A stretch of 64,000 nucleotides of DNA, from IMG/VR virus record IMGVR_UViG_3300029171_000001; one strand, given 5' to 3'. Under the pieces are notes generated by a model that ran no database searches, had not been told where the DNA came from, and was given only the letters and a program-made list of their open reading frames with translations. The stretch's first letter is position 1, and the number at the start of each line of letters is the position of its first letter. Below are positions 51,425 to 59,864 of this stretch, piece after piece. This DNA comes from a virus. Made by a program: the position numbers and the translations under genes.

Positions 51425-53179
51425 ATGCAAATTTCGTTAAAATCAATAATCAGAGAGGCTTTTAACACAGCTTACGATCAATACAAAAGTGGCAAAAACA
51501 CTATTAAAGAAAGCTCTGAGCGTCTAGGCGCTTTATTAACACCTGAACAAAAGTCAAAAGCGGACCAGGTTTTAAATACTATGGTCACACAATCTCCAGG
51601 CTGGGAAAAATACCAATGGAGTCCAGATGCTTCTCAAGGGTTAACTCAAAAAGAATGGAACTATATCATTGAAAAGATTTTCGAACTTTATAAAGCGACT
51701 GGCGATGATAAATACAAGCAAATTATAGGAAATGCTTATACTTTTTCTCCAAAAATTACTGGTGTTGGTGACTCCGAACAAGTAACACAATCAGCATTAT
51801 ATAATGCTATTTTACCAAAATTATCAGCTGACAAATCTTCTCTTGAAAGATTAATTCAAAAGGATCCAGATGCACTTAATAATTTATTAAGTAGAGCTTG
51901 GGGTAGAATATTTGCTGGCGGTAAAATAGATATTCGTGACAAAAAAGACGATCAGGGCAATATCATCAAACAAGGTGAAAAAAATGTTGATGCTTGGGAG
52001 GCTCTTGTTAAAAACTACAACTCTACAGATTCCAATTTTGGTGCTTATTTGTTTACGGTTCTTTTACACGACACCAAGGATTTAATCAACAGTGAAATGG
52101 AAAGAGTTTCTGCCACAAAATCAATAGATGCGCCAAATCAAACAACTGGTAAATCAACAGATCTTGAAGATGATGGTGGTGGCGACATTTCCGACGAAGA
52201 AGAAGATGGAATAGTTGGTGGTACAAAACCAGATCTTGGAGATAACTTCGATGATGAAGCAAGTGATGAAAATGGACAAACATATTTAGCTACACAAAGT
52301 CAATCTGAAGAAGAAAGAAGAAAACAAGATAAAATAATTTCAAATTGGGATAACGCTATTGATGAAATAGTAAATGGTATGAAAACAATACCAAAAATAA
52401 ACGAGAGAGCAGTTGTTGCTTTTGAAGAGATAATGAAAAACTACTTATCATATCAAGAAATCGCACAAAAGCACAAAGATTTATTTGACCCTTCCGAACT
52501 CACTATTTCAATTTTAAACAACAAAAATCTTAAAAATGCAGCAGATGCTGTGTTGGCACCATATGGTTTAGATTATTCTATTTTTCAAAATCCTAATTGG
52601 GATTCTCAATATAAAGGGACCCCAAAAATGGCAGCTGAGTCATTAGATTCAACCACTGAACCATCCGTTGACTCATTTGATCCAAAAGTAATAGTTGATA
52701 AAATAATAAACCTGTTTTCTTCAACAGCAAAACTTAGTACTACGGATAAAAACAAGGTAATAAACACATTTAAAAAATATGCTTTAGAACATAAGTCGGC
52801 GAGAGAGATTGCTGAATCTCTTGGTGAAAGCGGAGAAGCTTTGGTTAAAACTGCAATACTTAACTTGACAAAAGAAGAGACAAAAGCTAGTGATCTAGGT
52901 GGTGTCTCTAAAAAGGATTTATTTTACGAATTATGCTATAAAACACTTTTGAAATACGGCTTTCCAAAATCTGTAGCATATAGAGGCTTTACAAACTTTA
53001 ACTTTGCAGATTATTGGAAAGCTGGCAAAGAAAAACAAAGAGAACAAGAGGAATTTAAAAACTCAATAGCGCCAGAAGATTCAAAATACGTATGGGAAGA
53101 AGTCGATCAACAATTTATCTCAGAAAACTTTGAAACAATTATAAAAAGCGTTTATAAAAGATTAGAAAAACTACTATAA
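51425..53179 (+). CDS. large protein with sigma-factor region-2/4-like segments
   Basis: NFGAYLFTVL...SIDAP; SYQEIAQ and SAREIAESLG HTH-like segments. Confidence 0.4.
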   Translation: MQISLKSIIREAFNTAYDQYKSGKNTIKESSERLGALLTPEQKSKADQVLNTMVTQSPGWEKYQWSPDASQGLTQKEWNYIIEKIFELYKATGDDKYKQIIGNAYTFSPKITGVGDSEQVTQSALYNAILPKLSADKSSLERLIQKDPDALNNLLSRAWGRIFAGGKIDIRDKKDDQGNIIKQGEKNVDAWEALVKNYNSTDSNFGAYLFTVLLHDTKDLINSEMERVSATKSIDAPNQTTGKSTDLEDDGGGDISDEEEDGIVGGTKPDLGDNFDDEASDENGQTYLATQSQSEEERRKQDKIISNWDNAIDEIVNGMKTIPKINERAVVAFEEIMKNYLSYQEIAQKHKDLFDPSELTISILNNKNLKNAADAVLAPYGLDYSIFQNPNWDSQYKGTPKMAAESLDSTTEPSVDSFDPKVIVDKIINLFSSTAKLSTTDKNKVINTFKKYALEHKSAREIAESLGESGEALVKTAILNLTKEETKASDLGGVSKKDLFYELCYKTLLKYGFPKSVAYRGFTNFNFADYWKAGKEKQREQEEFKNSIAPEDSKYVWEEVDQQFISENFETIIKSVYKRLEKLL

Positions 53180-53199
53180 CAAAAGCCCGAAAGGGCTTT

Positions 53200-53397
53200 T
53201 TATTTATCAGTCAACAACATCAGAATGAATGATAATTTATTCTCTAGGTCTTGATTATCGTTATAATGTATTTCAATTTTTTCTTCTTCAGTTTCTAAAG
53301 ATTCTATAAATTTAAAACCAGATTCTTCAAGATATGTTTGAAACTTATCTTGTAAATAATACCCAGTTAATCCTTCGTTTTTAATGTTGATTATCAT
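53200..53397 (-). CDS. hypothetical protein
   Basis: 65-aa ORF. Confidence 0.55.
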   Translation of the reverse strand: MIINIKNEGLTGYYLQDKFQTYLEESGFKFIESLETEEEKIEIHYNDNQDLENKLSFILMLLTDK

Positions 53398-53400
53398 TTT

Positions 53401-53652
53401 TTATTCTTGTTTCATTACAACAGCTTCAAAATTCTCATTTTCAATTCTTATAATCTTTCCATCTTTGTCAATTTTAAAAATGTTAAGATCACAATCAAAA
53501 AACACTTTTGAATAATTCATATCCGTACTGGTCAAAATTTTGTCTTTTGCAATATCTTTTATCCTGATCTGAAGTCTATCTTTTTTTGGAGTCAGTATCT
53601 CCTCAAATAAAAAATTTATCTCTTTATAAAATTGTGTATCGCTCATACACAA
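53401..53652 (-). CDS. hypothetical protein
   Basis: 83-aa ORF. Confidence 0.6.
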   Translation of the reverse strand: MCMSDTQFYKEINFLFEEILTPKKDRLQIRIKDIAKDKILTSTDMNYSKVFFDCDLNIFKIDKDGKIIRIENENFEAVVMKQE

Positions 53653-53658
53653 ATTTAA

Positions 53659-54102
53659 TTATTTTTTAGAGAAAATACAAATTGTTTTTTGAATTACTTC
53701 TAGTTTTTTAGACATTGTGTCTTTAAACCCAGACAAAAGATGTTCTGGCATTTCTTCTGGAAAAAACCAACCATAATCAATTGCCTCCCCTTCACTTTCA
53801 ATATCTGGCGTAAACTCTTCATCAAATACGCCCATAAATGTATAAAAGTCTATATGATTTGTTTTTTGAACATGTAGTGGAGATTTTGATAGCATGTATT
53901 TACCTTTATACCTACTCTCCTCTCTAAACTCACGTTTAGCAGTATCTTTTGGCGTTCTATCTAAATCGTGGTCAAATCCACCCCCAAAACAAGCCCATTC
54001 TCCAGGTTGATCTTGGTCATGACCACGTCTAACAATAAGAATCCTCCCAGTTTTTTTACAAATTGGGAGGACACCTGCAGCTATTTGTTTTTGCGTTTTC
54101 AC
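53659..54102 (-). CDS. NUDIX hydrolase
   Basis: GG.....TAKREFREES; GTG start after TATTTATA. Confidence 0.88.
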   Translation of the reverse strand: MKTQKQIAAGVLPICKKTGRILIVRRGHDQDQPGEWACFGGGFDHDLDRTPKDTAKREFREESRYKGKYMLSKSPLHVQKTNHIDFYTFMGVFDEEFTPDIESEGEAIDYGWFFPEEMPEHLLSGFKDTMSKKLEVIQKTICIFSKK

Positions 54103-54124
54103 TCTTTTATAAATAGAGCAAATT

Positions 54125-55618
54125 TTAAAACAATAATGCCATAAAATAAATTTTGTGCTTAGCCCTAGACACGGCAACGTAATGAATATTCCTTGGCTCT
54201 AAATCTTCTTCATCATTCGGATCAAAAGTCAATTTATCCCTCTGTTTCTTTGTTAATTTTGCTGCGCTTGGATTTGCATCTAGCATATAAGGTGGTATTG
54301 AATTTACTATTACAGTGGTATCAAATTCTCTACCCTTTGATTTATGTATAGTAGTGATAAATTTATTTGATTTTTTATGCATCTCAATAAAATGAATCAG
54401 ATCATTAGGTGTTTCAAAGTCATTTTTAAACATATTGAGCTTTGTTTTCAAACTTTGCTTTATATCTCCAGCATGAAAGTCTTTAATATCTGAAGCTGTT
54501 ATGTAGTTGTGATACCTCATTGGAATTTTCTTTTTTAAAAGTATAATTTCCAATTTTTTTATCACATCATTTGTTCTCACAAGAACAGCAACTTCTTCTG
54601 GGAATTTAAGAACTTCCACTAATTCATCAATAGTCAGCATCAATTTGTCATCAACAAAACCATCTTCTTGACTATTCGCCACAGCTTTTAAACCAGAAAA
54701 TTGATTTGAGTTTTTTACAATGTTTTGATCGCTTCTAAAATTTACAGACAAAGACATCTCTATTGTATCTCTTCTGTCCTTTATCATTTCTTCTAACTTA
54801 GCACAGTTGGCACCACTATAAGAATAAATACTTTGATATCTGTCGCCAATTAAATAATAATAATTAGCATTCAATGCCAAAAGAATTTGTAGTTGTATTG
54901 TACTTGTGTCTTGATATTCGTCAATAAAAATATAATCGTACTTGCCTCTAAATTGCTTTAAGTATTTATCTTCCTTAAACAAATCACGAACCTCAATCAA
55001 CATATCAGAAAAATCTCTGGATTTTGTTTCACGCAAAAAAGCTCTATACTCATTAATGTAGTCTGGAACCTTAGCTTTAATCCCATCTGCTGATTGCAAT
55101 TTAAATGCCGCTATTGCAGAGGATAGATACTCATGCTCATCATAAAGTATGCCTATGGTTTCGTAATAAAATGATTTTGTAGCCTGGTCAGCGCTTGGTT
55201 TTGGCTTATACTTATCTCTGAACCACTCAACGAACTGATAAAAAGTTGCTATTTTTTTAAATTTTCCACACTTTGATAATATACCCATACAAAATGCGTG
55301 AATGGTAGTAACCATAATGTCATCATTACCAATGCGCTTTGTTAATTCTTCAGTGGCAGCTTTAGTGAATGAAAAAAATATAATTCTAGAAGGATCCACT
55401 CCACGTCTAAGCAACTCCTTTAACCTTTTTGTACAAGAATAAGTTTTTCCAGAACCAGCTGTAGCAGCCAGAACAACAGAAGAATTTCCGCTGTAATTTA
55501 TAAAATTCTGTTGTTCTGGTGTGTCTGGTTTATTTTGTACATCTGGGACTTCCGAAAGCAAGCTCAATTGTAAAGAATCCTGCTGTGGTTTTTTTACAAC
55601 AATTCTCTTTTTTGCCAT
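54125..55618 (-). CDS. uvrD: UvrD/Rep superfamily-1 helicase
   Basis: ATAGSGKT, FIDEYQDT, GDRYQSIY, NFRS, TIHKSKGREF, YVAVSRA. Confidence 0.9.
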   Translation of the reverse strand: MAKKRIVVKKPQQDSLQLSLLSEVPDVQNKPDTPEQQNFINYSGNSSVVLAATAGSGKTYSCTKRLKELLRRGVDPSRIIFFSFTKAATEELTKRIGNDDIMVTTIHAFCMGILSKCGKFKKIATFYQFVEWFRDKYKPKPSADQATKSFYYETIGILYDEHEYLSSAIAAFKLQSADGIKAKVPDYINEYRAFLRETKSRDFSDMLIEVRDLFKEDKYLKQFRGKYDYIFIDEYQDTSTIQLQILLALNANYYYLIGDRYQSIYSYSGANCAKLEEMIKDRRDTIEMSLSVNFRSDQNIVKNSNQFSGLKAVANSQEDGFVDDKLMLTIDELVEVLKFPEEVAVLVRTNDVIKKLEIILLKKKIPMRYHNYITASDIKDFHAGDIKQSLKTKLNMFKNDFETPNDLIHFIEMHKKSNKFITTIHKSKGREFDTTVIVNSIPPYMLDANPSAAKLTKKQRDKLTFDPNDEEDLEPRNIHYVAVSRAKHKIYFMALLF

Positions 55619-55622
55619 GATA

Positions 55623-56492
55623 TTACTTTGCTGTTGCTGCAGACTCTACTTTTGCTTTATACTTATTTAAAATTCGTGTGAGCATTAATTTAGTATCAGC
55701 TGGCATTTCAGAGACATTAATCAACCAGTCGTAATATTGCTGATCATTATAAAGAGATTCACCAATTGGTTTTCCTGGAGTTTTTCCATCTTTTGATGGT
55801 CCGTATTTTTGTCCAAAATTAAAAATTGGTATTCCAGCATCATTTAAAACAATATTGCCCTCTATGTCCAAAGCTTTTTTTGCTTTATTAAAAGCTTCAT
55901 TAAGACTTGAGACACTTGGTTCAATTTTATAAACCTTATCTTTGGCTTTATCATGAACCTCTTGTCCTTTATACTTCTCAATCATTTTGTTGAGAATTTC
56001 AGAGTAAATGTGATTAGTTTTTTCTGAAGTGTTAGCCTCATTTTTTTTGCCGCAATAAAACTGATAAGCCGCACTTAAATCACGTGGCTCCATAGTGTGA
56101 TAAATGCTGGCCAAATCAATTATTTCTCTGCCTATAATTGTAAATTCAACCTTTGCTCTATTAAATTCCTCTGATAAGAAACGAAGGTCAAAGTGTTTGA
56201 TATTAAACCCAATGAAATCGCAACCATCAAGAAATGTAGCAAGTGTTTGGGCTACCTCTCCGAATTTTTTTGCATCCTTAACCATATCAGTTGTGATACC
56301 ATTCACTCTTGTTACCTCTGCTGGTATCTCCATTTCTGGATTAATGTAACGACTTCCCGTTACAACTTTACCATCTGGGTTTACTTTAATTATTGACAGT
56401 TCGATAATCCTGTCTGTTCTTGGTTTTAAACCTGTAGTTTGAACTTTTATAAAAGCCAAAGGTTTTGCTAGTGTAAGATTTAATTTTTCCAT
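55623..56492 (-). CDS. DnaQ/DEDDh exonuclease homologue with degenerate active site
   Basis: FIKVQTTG in place of FxDxETTG; FN...FD retained; C-terminal H/D absent. Confidence 0.8.
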   Translation of the reverse strand: MEKLNLTLAKPLAFIKVQTTGLKPRTDRIIELSIIKVNPDGKVVTGSRYINPEMEIPAEVTRVNGITTDMVKDAKKFGEVAQTLATFLDGCDFIGFNIKHFDLRFLSEEFNRAKVEFTIIGREIIDLASIYHTMEPRDLSAAYQFYCGKKNEANTSEKTNHIYSEILNKMIEKYKGQEVHDKAKDKVYKIEPSVSSLNEAFNKAKKALDIEGNIVLNDAGIPIFNFGQKYGPSKDGKTPGKPIGESLYNDQQYYDWLINVSEMPADTKLMLTRILNKYKAKVESAATAK

Positions 56493-56517
56493 GTGTATTT
56501 TTATTATGTTTATTTTT

Positions 56518-56778
56518 TTAAAGCCATTCGCCCGTTTGTTCTTTACTTAGAAGAGCAAGCATTTCATCGCTCCACTCTTCATTTTTTTCTTCTAACAACT
56601 CTATCTCTGTATCATTAACCCAGAACAATCTAACAATGCTTGTGTTATCAATTGTGCGAACCAAATTTTTATTATCTTCGGTACAAAGATACAATAATTT
56701 TTGATTCTTTTCTACAAAATGACCATCTTTCATGTTTTTTTGTTCAAGAAGCTTGAAATACCTAGACAATCTTATCAT
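56518..56778 (-). CDS. hypothetical protein
   Basis: 86-aa ORF. Confidence 0.65.
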   Translation of the reverse strand: MIRLSRYFKLLEQKNMKDGHFVEKNQKLLYLCTEDNKNLVRTIDNTSIVRLFWVNDTEIELLEEKNEEWSDEMLALLSKEQTGEWL

Positions 56779-57668
56779 GAAACCTTACAACTTAAAAATT
56801 CTCTTAATTTTGTACTTTTATTGTATGCTCTCAACTTTTTAAGCGCTATCTCCTTTAATTGACGCACTCTTTCGTTGGTCAAATTCAATTCCTCACCAAT
56901 TTCTTTTAAGCCATATTCCTTGGATCCATTAAGACCAAAAAACATGTTAAGTATCTGACTTTCTCTATCTGTGAGTGTCGTTAAAATTGAATTTATTTCA
57001 TGTTTCAAAGAATCACTATTTAATTTAACGTCGATATCTTCCATTGTTTCACCTGGAATAATATCAACTAATTCAGTTTCAGATTCATCACTAACTTTTT
57101 GATCTATAGAAAAACATCTTGAGTTGTCCAGGTAAGAAGACTTAATTTCATCGGCTGAAAACTCAGTTAACGCCTGCAACTCAGCAGGTGTTGGTTCTCT
57201 ATCTAATTGTTTAAAAAGAGCTTCAGAAGCTTTATTTACCTTACCAATAATATTTATTTTATTGATTGGAATTCTTACCATGCTTCCATTTTCATATATG
57301 TATTGCATAATGGATTGTCTAATCCACCAAACAGCATAAGAAATAAATTTGAAACCTTTGGATGGATCAAATTTGTTTACTGCCTTGATCAATCCAATAT
57401 TTCCTTCATTAATCAAATCCTCAGCTGATACGTTTCCATACTGATACTCTTTAGCTATCGTCAAAACAAATTTGAGATTACACTCAATCAATTCATTCAT
57501 CGCTTTCTGATCTCCAGCTTTTGCTCTGATAGCCAATTTTATTTGGTCATCACCGCTAATGTCTTCAATTTTTCTTAAATCTTTAAAATAATTCTTCAAA
57601 GATGTGCTACTTCCGCTTATGGACAAATCACTATGTCCCATAACCATTTTTTTACTTTTTGTGCTCAT
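56775..57668 (-). CDS. rpoD: sigma70-family factor (Bacteroidetes primary-sigma type)
   Basis: NLKFV, DLINEGNIGL, KFISYAVWWIRQSI, LTNERVRQ; no region 1.1. Confidence 0.93.
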   Translation of the reverse strand: MSTKSKKMVMGHSDLSISGSSTSLKNYFKDLRKIEDISGDDQIKLAIRAKAGDQKAMNELIECNLKFVLTIAKEYQYGNVSAEDLINEGNIGLIKAVNKFDPSKGFKFISYAVWWIRQSIMQYIYENGSMVRIPINKINIIGKVNKASEALFKQLDREPTPAELQALTEFSADEIKSSYLDNSRCFSIDQKVSDESETELVDIIPGETMEDIDVKLNSDSLKHEINSILTTLTDRESQILNMFFGLNGSKEYGLKEIGEELNLTNERVRQLKEIALKKLRAYNKSTKLREFLSCKVS

Positions 57669-57701
57669 GTGTGTTTTTTTGTTTTTTGTGTGTGTTTATT
57701 T

Positions 57702-57989
57702 TTAATCGTTCCAGTTTAGCTTTGAAACAAAGTCCTTAAATTTGTTCCATGTTGCTTCGTCAAGAACGAACATTTCTGTTTTATTAATCTGCTGTTGGTT
57801 GTCCACACCAACAACAGAAATAGAAATATGTCTAGTTTCTTTTCCTTGTTGTTTAAAACTTTGCAAATCTATTTCCAATACTCCAGAATCTTCATTTCCA
57901 AGTTTACAGTAAGTACCATTTTCCTGAAAATTATCACCTGGTGATTGCGTGATGCCAGCGCTCAACTTTTCGTTATTGTTCTCATTCAT
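57702..57989 (-). CDS. hypothetical protein
   Basis: 95-aa ORF. Confidence 0.7.
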   Translation of the reverse strand: MNENNNEKLSAGITQSPGDNFQENGTYCKLGNEDSGVLEIDLQSFKQQGKETRHISISVVGVDNQQQINKTEMFVLDEATWNKFKDFVSKLNWND

Positions 57990-58323
57990 AAAAATTGTTT
58001 TTTTTGTTAAAAATCATTACTAACAAATATAACCATAATTCTGATAATTAACAAATTAATTACCTAGAACTTTGTGGGTTAAAACCCAGACCAAATCAGA
58101 TTATTAATGTAGTTGATTAATACAATGGATAATTTACCATTTAAGCCAAATTTTTGTGGCAATGGTACCTTTTTGTAAACCTTTAAAATTGGGGAGGTGG
58201 ATAGTTCAGATTCCAATCTGAACCCACGGGAGTTTGTTTTTTTCTTCATAACCAAATAAGTGTATTGCAAAACCAAATAAATTTTCCAGGCTTTCCTGGG
58301 CTTCAATAGTGTTGTCTGTTTTT

Positions 58324-58677
58324 TTAAAATCTGTCTTTATACTTTAATATTTTTTGCATTTTAACAGCATCTAATAATAAACCCTGACCATTCTTTAGAG
58401 TAATCGTATACTCTTTAGAAATAGCGGTTTCAAGCTCTTCAAAACTCATTCTAGTGTCTTCAATCTCAAAACCTCTTTCTGAAAAAATAACTTCAAAAGG
58501 TGCTCCAGTACTCTTATCAAACACAACCTTAGTAGGCTTCATAGGTGGTTTAACAGGTGTGGGTTGAGCTAGCGCAGGGGCTTCTGGTGCAGCTGCGGCT
58601 TGCGATTGTTCAGATAAAACACTTTTTACTTGCTCTAAAACTTTAACCAAATCTTTATTAAATGTCTGTTGCTTCAT
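58324..58677 (-). CDS. hypothetical protein
   Basis: 117 aa, TATTTATA upstream. Confidence 0.75.
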   Translation of the reverse strand: MKQQTFNKDLVKVLEQVKSVLSEQSQAAAAPEAPALAQPTPVKPPMKPTKVVFDKSTGAPFEVIFSERGFEIEDTRMSFEELETAISKEYTITLKNGQGLLLDAVKMQKILKYKDRF

Positions 58678-58762
58678 CTTTTATAAATAGTTAGTAATTT
58701 TAAAAAATAAGCCTGTTATATCAATTATAACAGGCTTATTTTCAATTAGATATATCCAGTAT

Positions 58763-58981
58763 TTACTTGGATGCTTTCAGTCTCGATTCCATTAATTTTG
58801 CAATCAAGTCTTGTTGTTTTTTAAGATCAGATTTTTTCTTCAAAGCCAACTTGAGTCTTTTATTCCCCATTTCAGATTTGGTAGCTTTTAATCTATCACT
58901 TCTTTTTTTGCCTCTTTTTGCTTCGGCTTGTCTAGCTTCTTTGCTCTTTGGTTTTTTCATAAAATTTGTTTTTTGAAACAT
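58763..58981 (-). CDS. small basic protein
   Basis: 72-aa Lys/Arg-rich ORF. Confidence 0.6.
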   Translation of the reverse strand: MFQKTNFMKKPKSKEARQAEAKRGKKRSDRLKATKSEMGNKRLKLALKKKSDLKKQQDLIAKLMESRLKASK

Positions 58982-59008
58982 AATTCTATAAAATCAAAAA
59001 ACCAAGAC

Positions 59009-59782
59009 TTATTCGAGTTTTCTTAATTGAGGAATAAGGTGAGCATAAAATTTTACATGCGGAAACTTTTCTCCCACCGATACCTGTACTGCTTGTAACC
59101 AATCTTTTCTATCTTCATAAAAATGAACTTCATCCCAATCGTTTTCTTCAATAGATTTTAGTATTGTATCTACTTTAAATTGCTTTACTGTGCCTTTCCC
59201 ACTAACAAACATAAAAAGTCCAAAATTTGGAAACGGCATCTTCAAATCAAACAATCTTTTAGCCACGTTTTGTCTTAATTCTTCATTTCTTCCAGTCACA
59301 ATCATTCTGTTAGTAGCTTTCATATAATCACTCAATACAGGATCATTTGTATCCCTGCCGATTGTGGAAGGATTTTCATGAAATCCAGAAATATTTGTAA
59401 TTACTAAATGATTATCTTCTTCACCAATTGATCTTTGCAAATCTTTTAATGAATAGCCATTTACACCGTGCATAGAAAGTTTATTTGGTGTTAACTCCTG
59501 TATTTTTTGAGCATAATCTACGCTTAATGGCTTACTCGTTTTTGCATCATGAATCACTATAAAATCTCCAATTACGACATAATAGATATCCTTAAAATAC
59601 ATCGCATAAAAAAACTTTTTTATGTTTTTCAAAACATCTATAAATTTAGAATCATATTGATCAAGTTCTTTATAATGGTTTAAATCAACAACGCCATCAG
59701 AATCTTTTTTTGCAAAATCACCAAACGATGGTGTTACCAACAATGTGTCGTCTAAGTCAAATATATCAATTCTTTTACTCAT
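59009..59782 (-). CDS. HAD phosphatase (RNA-repair Swiss-army-knife-like)
   Basis: IFDLDDTL, VTGR, FYEDR. Confidence 0.75.
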   Translation of the reverse strand: MSKRIDIFDLDDTLLVTPSFGDFAKKDSDGVVDLNHYKELDQYDSKFIDVLKNIKKFFYAMYFKDIYYVVIGDFIVIHDAKTSKPLSVDYAQKIQELTPNKLSMHGVNGYSLKDLQRSIGEEDNHLVITNISGFHENPSTIGRDTNDPVLSDYMKATNRMIVTGRNEELRQNVAKRLFDLKMPFPNFGLFMFVSGKGTVKQFKVDTILKSIEENDWDEVHFYEDRKDWLQAVQVSVGEKFPHVKFYAHLIPQLRKLE

Positions 59783-59864
59783 TATCTATATATATCCTGA
59801 AAAAACAACAAAGGCCAGAGAAATCCCTGGCCCTTATCGTCTGTTTATGTGTTTGTGTGTTTTA

